In this document: positions 1-11,753 of the stretch, piece after piece | How positions within the stretch are numbered: the first letter of the stretch is position 1 | Layout of the letters: every line of letters begins with the position of its first letter | From: Camelus ferus | Taxonomy: Eukaryota | Reading direction: 5' to 3' | NCBI RefSeq assembly: GCF_009834535.1 | Contig: NC_045696.1 | Location: forward strand, 42,968,001 to 43,032,000 | Length of the DNA: 64,000 bases | The notes under the pieces: model-generated | What the model saw: only the letters and a program-made list of their open reading frames with translations | Databases searched by the model: none | Told to the model about the DNA's origin: nothing | Translations under genes and position numbers: made by a program

Positions 1-1165
1 TGACATATATATATGAAAGTTTACATAATATTTACATTTAAAGTGTGTTTCTTGTAAACAGCATATATTTAGATCTTCTTCACCTAATCTATTTCTATCT
101 TTTAGTTGGTGTGTTTAGATTTCTCAGATTTAATGTGATTCTAAATATTACTGGATTAACTATTTCAACTTGCCAGTTCTTCCCTCTATTATAAATTTGT
201 TTTTTATTCTTTTCCTCTATTTCTGCCTCATTTTAGTTTGAGCACATTTTATAATTTCATTTTATCTCTACTATTGACTTACTTATACCTCTCTTTTAAA
301 TGCTTTAATGGTTGGCATAGGGTTTAAAATATACGTATTTCATTTTTTTTTTTTGACTGATGACTGTCTGTTTATAGGCACAAGGTCCTACAGGGCCAAG
401 ACTCCTCTGTCCCTCACCCTCTTCCCTAATTCTGAATCAGAGGAATCACAGTCTACCTTTAAATAATATCATTAGCTCTATGTTCTAAACAAAAAATTAA
501 GTTCTACTGTTTTTGTGTTAGATAATCAATAATTTGTTAGAACCATTAAGAATTAAAAATAAGTAAATTTTATTTCAGCTTTATTTTGTTTAATTCCTTC
601 TGGCCCACACACTTCAGAAAGGCAATTTTCTATGACAAATAAACTTTTTTTCCTTTCTTTCTTTCTTTCTTTGTCCTTTGTCTCTGACCTGCAAATTTCA
701 AAGTCTCAGGTCTCCTAGTTTATCCATGAAATCCTGGTAGATGGACATGTAAACTTGCATGTAAACACGTAAACTTGCTGAAATCTCAAGCCTTCATTGT
801 GCTCAAAGTATCTCTACATGGCTTCCTTTATGCCAGTGTTCTGCCCCCAAATTCCAGCTATTTTGTTCTCCCTGAACACTGGCTTCTGTCTCCTCATCTC
901 AGTGAGCCCATCTTTCTCTACTTGGTTTTTCCCAATCTGTGTTATGTCCCCAAAATGCCTGAAGGAAGGAAGCTGGAGTGATTGTAGGGCAGGTTTCTTG
1001 TTTCCCATCTCTCAGGACATGGAGCCCTGCACTGGTTCATTGTCTTAGGTCTGAAAATCATTGTTGTATTTTATTTTGTACAGTTTTCTAGTTTTGCTTT
1101 TTTGTTTTTCTTTAATATCAAGAAGGGATGCATCTGGTACCAGTTACTCCTTCACGACTGGCCTG
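1..1165 (-). mobile_element. Old, fragmented LINE-1 (L1MC/L1ME-like): start of ORF2 endonuclease, inter-ORF and 5' UTR remnants
   Basis: 40-140 (aagtgtgtttcttgtaaacagcat...ttttagttggtgtgtttaga) parallels the antisense endonuclease start of the in-window L1s (17716-17830, 34410-34520). 985-1163 resembles an L1M 5' end (gtctgaaaatcattgtt...ccagttactccttcacgactgg). Confidence 0.7.
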
Positions 1166-4100
1166 TTTTAGAGTTTTGATTTTAAAATTTTAATTATATT
1201 TATTTTATTTAGTTTAAATTAGTTTTTTATTATCAAAATTGTGTGTGGGTTTCCCTTGGTTGGTTTTCTTGGTTATCCTAAGAAAATAAGTATTCTTTGA
1301 CTTTCTCATGTAAAAATAGTATATATTACCGTGACCATTCGATGATCTCACTGGAACATTCAAACTTTATTTCCACTTACTTGCTTCTGACTTTGCATTA
1401 TTTTAAACATGCATTTTAAACATTTGAAGATATTATAGTTATCATTTTGTATGGTTAACATTTGTTTGTATTTATCGACCTGCTTACTTTTATTGGTGGT
1501 TTTTATTATTTCGTGTACTTTCATATACAGAGAAAAGAACCATGGAGGTAAATAAAGAAAGCAGGAAGGGAGGAACATAAGGAGGAAAGGTGGGGAGTTA
1601 CATCCTTCTGATTTTACTCAAAGTAACACATATTTTACTTAGAGAAACAGACAACTAAATCTTAACTAAGAGGATGAATGGTAAGAATTTTATGAAATGT
1701 CTATTTTTTAGTTTAAAGATATATTAGGGAATCTGGCATTAGTTGCATCATCAATGATTTGGATTTACCGTAAGTATTTAATGTAAGGAATCATTCCTCC
1801 AGTTGAGTTAAGTATATGGAAGAGTTATCAAAAGAGCATTGCTTCACTTTTCCAGAATGTGTTCAATATGATCTTATTAGAATCAATAGATTAGATTAGG
1901 CCTGGTCACCTCTCAAGGAGAATGCCAGGTCCAAGAATACTTGTAGTATGTAAAGAAACTCCTCCTTCAGCTATGTTGCTGCGAGACCGTTCTATGGTTT
2001 GGAAACAAAGTTAGCAATTTGATTCAACCTCAAAGTATAAACAGTAGAGGGAAAAAGGAAAAATATATCAATAGAGCCAAATCAATGCTATAGTTAGAAG
2101 TATAAGTAGAAAAAAAATAGATTTACTATTCATCTTCTTGTGTAATTAAGATTTTTGGCGCCAATTGATTCTTGGCAACACTCACAAATGGTATAATTGT
2201 GCTAATACAAAACAGTTTTATTATCAGATAACTTAATACCTGGTAATTTTATGTGCATCACACAAGTAATTACCAAAAACTATATTGATTTTGATTAGAT
2301 CGTCTACTTAATTGATTCCTTAAATTGGGAATTTAAAACCCAGTTTTGGAGAGGTGGTAGTGGAGCAGATAATTTTACATTGCAAGTGTTGGAGTCACGC
2401 AAGATTCTGTGGTAAACATTCTTCTGTTATTACAAGGAACAGAGGAAAAGTATCTTCTGCATTATAAAGATATTTTTTGCATGAGCAAAATATAATTAGG
2501 CACAAAAACAAAAGATTTTTCACTATTCTTTTATATTTTAATAGCCATTATTGTCTTTAACAGAGGAATTTCAAAATGATAATGAAATAATTAGGAACAT
2601 TTTAAACAATTCCTGCCACCCATCTATCTTTCAAAGATAGATGTATCTTTGGCTATAGACAAAAACGACCAATTTAATTATTAACTAAATTTCCCTAGTG
2701 TATAAATTAATCATTAGAAGCAAGGCAGGTCCTTGGAAGTAACAAACTCTTTCAGGTCCGCTGAGATCTCTTTGTATAGACCATTGTATTATTAAAGGGA
2801 GCCTAAGAGTTTCAAAGAATTAATTAATTACTTCAAATGTCAGTGTTACTTCTGAGAAGATACACATGGACTAGTGGAATATAATGGACCATAATTCTTA
2901 TTTTCTGGTATCTGCCCAGCATCCCAGCTTGAATAGTTGTAATCTTGCATCTTTCCAGAACTATCTTCATACTGGAAATTTGATATTCATAGTTTTCTTA
3001 AAAGTTAAATTTAAAAAAATATTTGTTTTGTCAGACACTTAAAATACTTGACAAAGAAAAATTGGAATAGATGAGGAAGGAAAGGAAAAAATATAATTAA
3101 GATGAATTTAGTTGTTTTTAAGTCTAGATCATCTTTGTCACATAATTATTCTTAGTAATAAGTACATTTGATGTTTATGTGATAAACTGAAAGGAACTCT
3201 ACAATACCTAGCCTCTGCAAATACTTTAAGTAAAATCTCCACCTATTATTTGAACCTGTCAGGACAATATAATCATAAAATCACATTTTATTCCTGACAT
3301 GACTAAATACTTGAAAGGACGAAAACCTTGTGTATAAACCGGATTATTTGCAGCAGTGTACATACATTGGACAAGGACTACGTGGTTGAATTTCTATAGC
3401 TTCAGTAGAACAAATATGATGGAGCATTGTCCTTTGAATTATTATGCCTTCATAGTTTAAATAATGAAAGAACACAGGCAGATTTAAGTAAGTCAAATAA
3501 AGAAATCAAATTTAATATTAGAATGATAAATTATATATTGATGCAGGAAGCCCCATTTTATTCCCTTGATCTACTGCTCCCATACGTAGAAACAGAGTAT
3601 CATCCTGGAAGTGGTAACTGAAGTAACCCAATTGTTCAGACCAAAAATTAGTTGTGAATCTTAACAGAAAGCTCATTATACTTTCATAGTCATTATTTGT
3701 ATAAAACAGAGACTAACTGGATAGAGAATTTGTGGAGATGAGATTTGTGACATTGTACTAAATTGGGACATTCTGCATGCGCATTCAACTTCATGTGTTC
3801 ATTTCTGTAAGAGCATGAATCCCTAGTCTTCATGTTGAATTTTTTTACCCTCTTGAGTCGCTTCTTCCTGAGAACAACTAATTGGCTCAGTGCTTGATTT
3901 ACATTATTATGATGGCCATTCATTGTATCTGATTTGCAAAAGTTCTTGATCATTTCCAGATCTATGAAAAAAAAATAGTGCTGACAATCTACCATGTCAA
4001 AACTCCCACTCTATTATTAACATGTCCTGCCAGATGTCCCCAGTAATGTTGTGACTACAAAATGCTCTACTTCCTAATTTTACAATGGAAGAACATTAAC

Positions 4101-7100
4101 CCTTAGCATATTAACCAGTGGAAATGATGCACAGGACAAACCAAAAATAATTTTTTCCTGCATTTTAATGTGTTGCCTTACAGTTCACTGAATTAAAAAT
4201 CTTTGAAAATTGAGGGAAAAAAATCTCCATATTTAATAAAATAATTGTAACAAAATAAAATTCTTAGTAATTTTTTTTTATATTTTGTTAAAAAAGTATC
4301 CCTTTGCTTTGTGGAACAGTAATTCTCCCGTTGAGAGATGGTAGACAGTTCACTACTGTATCCTGAGATCAGCGTAAATAGCTACCTATCAGACAGAGCA
4401 AAGGTTTTGTCCTTCTGAAACGTGAATGTGGAATTGATGCATGTTTTTTGCAAGTCACATACAAAAATATAATTACTGAAATTTACCATGTTCCAAGGAG
4501 AAAACTGCATCGTAGAAATTCAGGAAGAAAACTGAATCACAGAACATTTAAAGAGTTACTTTTTTTTTTTACAAGATGGTCAACTGAATAGACTTAAGAG
4601 CTTTGTAAACCACCTAGCATTTAATTTTCTTATTAGACAAAGAGGAAGAATCGTGTATTCATTGTGATTAAGCATATTCAATGGAATGAAATAGGGCATG
4701 GCAACATTTTATTCTTGTGCATATTTTAGTTCATTCAGAATGAATTCAGTTAGGTTTTGCTCAATGGGTAATAAATATAAGAAATAAGGAGGAACATAAG
4801 GCAATTAAGGCAAATGGTATAAATAAGTTTAAGAGGAAATTAGGCATTTTTATTGCAAAAGAATGTTACACAGAAAATGGATTAAAGGTACAAGGGGAAG
4901 GGAGGCAGGTGAAGGTGATTTATTATATGGGGGCAGGAGCAGGGGACAAGTGGCCATTTTCTCCCCTGTAGTTTATTCTGTCTCACTGGAAGAACATATA
5001 TTTTGAGATAATTACGTATAGTCATGAAAATGGTAACAGCTGCATTTTGGCAACTTGGCATGCAAATTACTAGCTCTGCTGAGGCCACATAAGCATGAAT
5101 TGATGAGAGATTTGAGAGAGAAGGACTGTCAACAACTTCTGGTTGGAAGACCGAATGAACATTGTGAAAGTTAATGAGACTGTGATGGCCTAGTGCTGTC
5201 TGCAAAGGTTCCTGATTTCAAAAGAATCTAGAATCTTAGATCATATTTATAAAATAGCACAGACTTTACACATCTACAGGGAACACAACATTGTTAGATA
5301 GCCCAGTTTCTCATATAGGTTATATTTTCCTTAAGCTTTGTTGACTGGGTTTAGTGTGATACCACTTTGAAACAGCTGCAAATGGTGCATAATTAGGTCA
5401 GAATGTTTTGTTGTCAGGATTCTCAGTTGCTTACGCTGGCTTATGAAAAGGTCATTGTGAGAAAAGGGATCTGAATCTCAAAGAGATTCCAGCTGGTTAG
5501 TTATTATTTTAATTATGCAATAGAATTTGCTATTTCCCTGCTAATATCTAAAGTTACTTATGGAAAAGTTGTTCAGAGACTCTTATGAAGATACTCTTTT
5601 TGTATTCTTCTCATTGCATGTCATAAATTCATACTTATCAACCCTTCTGTATGTTTAGAACTTCCTGCCAAATAGTGTCTATCCATGCATTCTCTCAACA
5701 GTAGCTATTGTGGTGCTATGATATACCTGGCACTGCATATAATCCCCATTGTCATGGAATGTATAGGCTATTTGTGGAGATAAAATTTACAGTAATTATA
5801 AAGCACTAGATGAACCCTCCCAAGCATATAATTCTAGTTCAAATTTTCTATACTTAAAAATCTCAGTGTTTAGAATCCCAGAAAATCAGATTTTCTATTA
5901 CCTTCTCTGGTTCATCTCATCTATGATTTGCATTTTCTTCTAATCTTAAGAAAAGACAAAGATGAAAAACAAAACTCAAGACTTCCATTAACCCATTTTA
6001 CTAATAAGCATTGGGGTGTTGCTCTGTGAATTTTATTAAATTTACAAGTTAAAAATAACTTTGTCACATGCACCAGCAATTAGGGTATAGGAGGTTTTTA
6101 AGGGTTACATTAAGAAAGGCAGGAGAAATAGTGAAATTTTATTTTCATTCACAAATGTGTATTGAATACCTACTTTTTTTGAAGGCATTAGATTGTGGAA
6201 ATAAAAGAATAAATGCAATAGCTGTACTGTTTTTAAAAAAAAAAAAAGGCAGGAGAAAGTGATATATCTTATAAATCAATTCAGTGAACAATTAATTGGC
6301 AGGAAAGAGTTGATCATAGTGCTTACAATTTAGGCAACAATGCTTTGGTGGTAGTGAGCAGAGCAAAAGATGCTTATTTTTGCCTAGGAGCCTGAGATCA
6401 GCATCCTTTATTGTACCACAAAATTGCTTTGAGTTTGTACCACAAAAGTCCTTATAATGGATGGTAGGCCTTAGTGGGAGTATGCTGGAATAATGAGGTT
6501 AGTAAAGTGGTAGGAATATTTTATTTCTTGTTTCAGGACTTTGGCTGATAATATCAGTATATAACCCTGAATTTCAGAAAGTAAACTGAAGACCTGTCCT
6601 CAAGTGTGATTTTTTCCCCTATTTTCTCCCTCTTATCTAGTCAAAATAATGTCTTCATTGTCCACCTTCCTTACCTTTGAGTTTTTTCATAAATTTGATT
6701 TCTGGAATTCCATCCCCATTTCTTCTGCCAATCCAAATTCTTTTTTTTTTCCCCAATTCTTCATAACTTTTCATCTGGTTCAAATTCCATTTTCTCCTTG
6801 ACACTCACAGCATTGGTCCCTACTTTATTATTGTCTTCTTAAATTTCTTGGTTATCTCCAAAAGTTTATGCCTGGAATCTACTCAGTCTTTCCAGCAAAT
6901 AACATAGGTACACAGATCACTTAAAGATCTAAATTTCCTGAAGCTCTAGGTATGTCTGTAAGAACTTGGTTTGATTATATAATTCCTATAGAAATATCAG
7001 TACTTGTATATATGCAAAAATAGAGATTATTCTTGATAATTGAATAACTCCTATAGAATAATATATGTTTTCTTTAATGGCATCATATTTCATCTATTTC

Positions 7101-8380
7101 AGTGGTATCTATAAAGCAAAAAATACTATTAGCGGAGTTATGCCATGTGGTAGATGACTACTTGTGCAGGAGAGACCCAAGTTCCTGTGGGACATACCGT
7201 GGGACATGCCCATGGGACATGCCGATGGGACAAGATCAAACCCAGCCTGACAAGAATTTATACATAATAATATATACATACAAGTGAATACCTGTTTCTC
7301 TCTCAAGATCCAGTCAATTTCTTGCTCATCTGAAAAAGTATCTTTAGATCTTGACCACAACTCTAGGGAGTAATTACTAGGTTCTTACTTACCACTCAGT
7401 TTTACAAATAGCCTTCGTAAAGAACAGAATACACATATTGACATTACTTATTACTTCTTTGTTAACTCAATAAAACTCTGAGATCATAAAGCACACCTTT
7501 ATTTGCTTAGTACAAATCAGTATTCAAAATATTTATTGAATGAATAAATTGGAAAAGCAATTTTGAAAAGCATATTATTTACATATTTTAGATATAAGGA
7601 TATTTTCCCCTGACTCGACTTTACTATATATATATCAGAATGTTAAAATATGAGGTAAAAACATTGCAAATTATTAATGTTTCTATGCTTTATTTTTCTC
7701 CTTTTAAATTGATAATGTGAAGGGGTTTATTAACAAATGAAAATAGAAAAAATGAAACGTGAGGACTTTTTTTGGTCTAGGCATGTGGTGGTGTTAATCT
7801 CCATGGGGGTGGACACTAGTAAGTGCTGTAGATCACAACCACTTCTATTTTATTCCTGTTGATTTTATTTTCAGAGCTGCTTCTTCACAGATTGTTTAGA
7901 AATATATGGCTATGTGGGGGAGGATAGAACATCACAGCTATAGCATTAAACGCGGGAATATACATTCGCAAAACCCACAAAACACAAAATGTGCTGAAGC
8001 AGCTGGAGTGTTCTTTTTTCTGCTAGCAAGTTAGAAAACAGGAGGATGAGCAAAATTGGCAGTTGGATTATACTGACAAAAGCAGAGCAATTCGTGCAAA
8101 GAATTTACTGTAAGTAGGACTGAGACTGACATGTTAGATTGCATTTTACCTCTATTGGCAGTGCGATAATTTTGAAATTAAAGTGATTAGATGCACAAAA
8201 ATGTTAAGTTTGATTGCTCCACAAAAGATATTTCATTCCTTAAAAAAAAAAAAAAAAGTGTGTGGTCCTATAGTAGCCAAGTGTCATTGGAGAAATGTGG
8301 GCAAATGGTGATATTTACTTTGTAATAATAGTTTGGTATAAATAGTTTGATTTTATGGTTTACTCTGTGAAGGGTAAAAT

Positions 8381-8384
<4 letters not shown>

Positions 8385-8421
<37 letters not shown>

Positions 8422-8511
8422 TGCATACATATATATGTGTATATATGTATATATCTGTATATATAGAGAGAGATAGCTATATGTATATGTATAGATAGAT
8501 ACATACACACA
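8385..8511. repeat. (AC)n microsatellite followed by an imperfect (TA/TG/GA)n tract
   Basis: Pure AC run 8385-8413, then alternating dinucleotide sequence. Confidence 0.95.
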
Positions 8512-10099
8512 TCAACAGAAGCTTCTCTTTTGGTATAAATTAGCTGATTAATGCACGCAGTGAAAGTTCAACAAACTAAGTATAAATTTCTCAGGTTTAA
8601 TTACTTACATTTTCTTAACCTCAGTTTTGATGAAAGATTAGGCAAAAAAAGTGATTCAAAGTCTTGGTCAGTTAATAATAAATAAAATTTTGATGTTTCT
8701 AATGCATTTTAATTACTTTTATTGCCTTAAATTCCCATTAACCACCTCAAAATGGAGACTGCTTAAATTATAAATCATATAAATCAGGCATTTATCTAAT
8801 GTGGATTTTCATATTAAGGTGAGAGCTGGCTCACTGAGCCTGAATATTCTAGTGCACCTTCAAATGGAGTAATCATAGCAACACAGGATACATGTATCAT
8901 TCAGATGCCATGAATTTAGGGATTTTAATAAATATTCTGCCAACGCCAAAGACACATGGGGGTTCTGAAAAGAAAAATACACAGGAGAAAATAGTTGAGG
9001 AAAGTTTCACCTTCTTTCACTGAGCCAGAAATATAGAAACATAAGTGAAGAGGGAGGACATTGACTAACTCGGGTAATAAATAGACAATAATCAATATAT
9101 TGCACTGGAGAATGTGAAATTCCCTTTGTGGATAAACAGGATATATGAAAGCAGTGTCCTGTGACATTACACTTCCTCATATATTGTTTAAGACACACGA
9201 AGCATTATAAATTTTCAGATATGCAGGAATAAAATTATCCTATGCATCATTAAAGATTTGCATTAATAATTTTTTATGCAGTACACCCTCAATACAACAG
9301 TTATGTTATACAAATAATTGCTAAATAATATCAATAGGGTCAGTAGCTCAGGTTGTATCATATGTTTATTGTTTGGGCCCATCTGTCCATATCATAAACC
9401 GAAATTATAAAATAAAAATGGAAAAAATTAATATATTCCACTAAAAATGTGCATTTTAGTGCATTTTTCATGCAGCTAACGCAAAAAATAAAACAAAACG
9501 TGGAAAGCAAGTCAGATTGAAACATTGAGCCTAGTAGGTTCTCATCAAGATACAGCTATACGTGGCTGAAAGTCTATACCTATGATTTACCCCATATGAA
9601 ATAGTGCTTCAAGGCCAGGTTCATTGTTTGACACCAGGATTTGAGCTTGGGGAATAGACTACTTTGGAATTTTCAGTATCTGCATCTTTTCTGATTTTGC
9701 TTCTATTGACTATCTGAAGTATTTTCTTTCTCGGCCATGAATTTCTTGCTTTTTTTTTTGTATCTTGCGTTCCATATTTTCCCTTCCAGATACTGTGTGT
9801 GAAAGAACAGTAGAGACTGAAGTGAATAATATATATTTCAAGATCAAGCAACGGCATGCCTCTTCTTTTTTTGGACCACTTGTATCAGTGGGGGGCAGCT
9901 GAGTCAATCAAATCTATTTGAAGTTGGCCCAAGATTTGTTGCATCTTTAGTTAGAATCAGTTCATAGCTATCTTTAAATAGTTTGAAGGTCTTATGCAAG
10001 GATTATAACATAAAGACTAGAAATATTGCAGAGATCTCTATCACTTTATGGGCTGGCTACCAGTTTGGGGGTTTATTAGGGATTTATTTTGTTCTTTGG

Positions 10100-10930
10100 T
10101 CTTGTTCTTGTACTTCTGAATCTTGAGAGATCTCCTTTGACACTATTGCCCTGCCCTTAGCCTTGGAACATCACAGCAGTGCATTTGACCAAGGCCTAGA
10201 GTATTTCTCTCTTCTGCTTAGCCCTAGCCTTCAAATGTCTGCATTGCATTCAGGGAAGACACTGGCTATGCCATGGGAAATGTCTGGCAGGACTCCTGCC
10301 CAGACATGACACACTAACCCATGATTCAAGTCTTGTGAAGACTAGGATAGAGGATGAAGAGGGTATTGATGGCTGTGTGAAGACTACTCCACAACTCTTT
10401 AGGATTTAAATCTGTCATTTCAGCCCATTTATGACTGATAAAATATGTTAAGAATTCATTTGGTTTCTACTTACTTCCATTTCCAGAGAATTCCCTGTGC
10501 TTCTGATATTCTGCCAATGATGAAAGCAGCCATGGTTTTCTTCTTTATTGTGAAGGGCTCTACACTATCTGTAATTTAGTGTGTTTAGCTTTCTTTGTGT
10601 TCTCATCTCTCTGATGCTGTGCTAAAAGTGCAGGTACTAGCCACTTTTGACTATGTATATTTAAACTTAATTAAAATTCAGTAAAACTGAAATTCCCCGG
10701 TTCTACTGGCCACATTTCTAGTGCTAAATAGCTATGTGTGGCTAAAGACTGCTGTATTGGACAGTGCAAATATAGAACATTTTCATTATCACAGAAAGTT
10801 ATATTAGACAGCACTGCTCTGATGGGTTTAAGACAAGCCAAAATTTTATGTATTATCCAGCTTGTTTCATGGTTAGTATGAAAATGACAGTTTCTCATAA
10901 CTTCTTATATCATGGCCAGAACTGGTAGTC
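10100..10930 (-). mobile_element. Old L1M 5'-end fragment interrupted by MER3
   Basis: catctctctgatg|...|ggtttaagacaagccaaaattttatgtattatccagctt...ggccagaactggtagtc resembles the antisense L1MC/ME 5' end. Left boundary uncertain. Confidence 0.55.
10617..10816 (-). mobile_element. MER3-like hAT-Charlie non-autonomous DNA transposon
   Basis: Ends with tattggacagtgcaaatatagaacattttcattatcacagaaagttatattagacagcactg. 200 bp, flanked by an 8-bp direct repeat CTCTGATG (10609-10616, 10817-10824), the hAT TSD length. Confidence 0.9.
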
Positions 10931-11753
10931 CTTCCTTTTTTTTCTCAACGCATGCTTGGAGTTTTCTAGATTGTGCAATATAGATAGACATATTCACTTA
11001 AATTTTCTTCTATTATAATTCTGTTTTTATTTTTTACATTTAACAATTGAAACAGAAAACATTGCCATATTCCCTAGTGTGTATGATATAGGCATGATTT
11101 TGGAGTAGAACACTTAGCTGAGAAAACCACATCAGGAATATGCAATTAAAAAAATCCAATTTTTCAGTGCAACACGTGGTGTATCATTCAAGAGTCAAGG
11201 TTGGGCTGAGAAGTAGAGAATTTTTTCCATAAAGATTTTCCCAGTGGATACATACAGCTTTGTTCACGTGTAGAAAAAAAAATTTCAGCTTTGATGATAT
11301 GTCTCAGAGCCTCGTTGTGAATAATATTCTTCTTCCTCACCTTCAATTACTTACAAGTATTTTCCTTCCAATTAATGAATATCTTGTCCCAAAGTCATGG
11401 TAATTTCCAGTTTTGGTCTCTGAATGCTTGTCCTCTGGTTCCATGCCCCAGTTTCAGCCTATGCACTCCTCAGATCTCTGAAAATATGTCAACAGAACAA
11501 GAACTTCTAAGTTCATTTCATTTTAAACCATTGACTAAATTAAAGCCTATTAACATACCCTTTCCTCTTACTGTTGACTTGACAAATGCTTTTAAGAGAA
11601 TATGAAACATTGCAGGTGGAGAATGTCAAAAAAAAAATGCTATGAATGGATCCACTAAGATTTCAAGTGTTCTAACTAGATCTAGTTCTCATTTTACTAC
11701 TGCATTTCTTTTGATTATTCCTATTCAATTCACACTGAATATACTTTAAAAGA

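Noticed and set aside
8268..8510. 80-aa ORF rich in Y/I/C/V
   Set aside because: Translation of a dinucleotide microsatellite.
9439..9461. Short inverted repeat cactaaaa...ttttagtg; also a lone AP-1 site TGACTCA at 29923-29929
   Set aside because: Too short to exceed chance expectation in 64 kb.
9621..9907. Lys-rich minus-strand ORFs after an acceptor-like ttctttcacacacag
   Set aside because: The Lys richness comes from T runs on plus; no recognisable homology or phase-linked partner exon.
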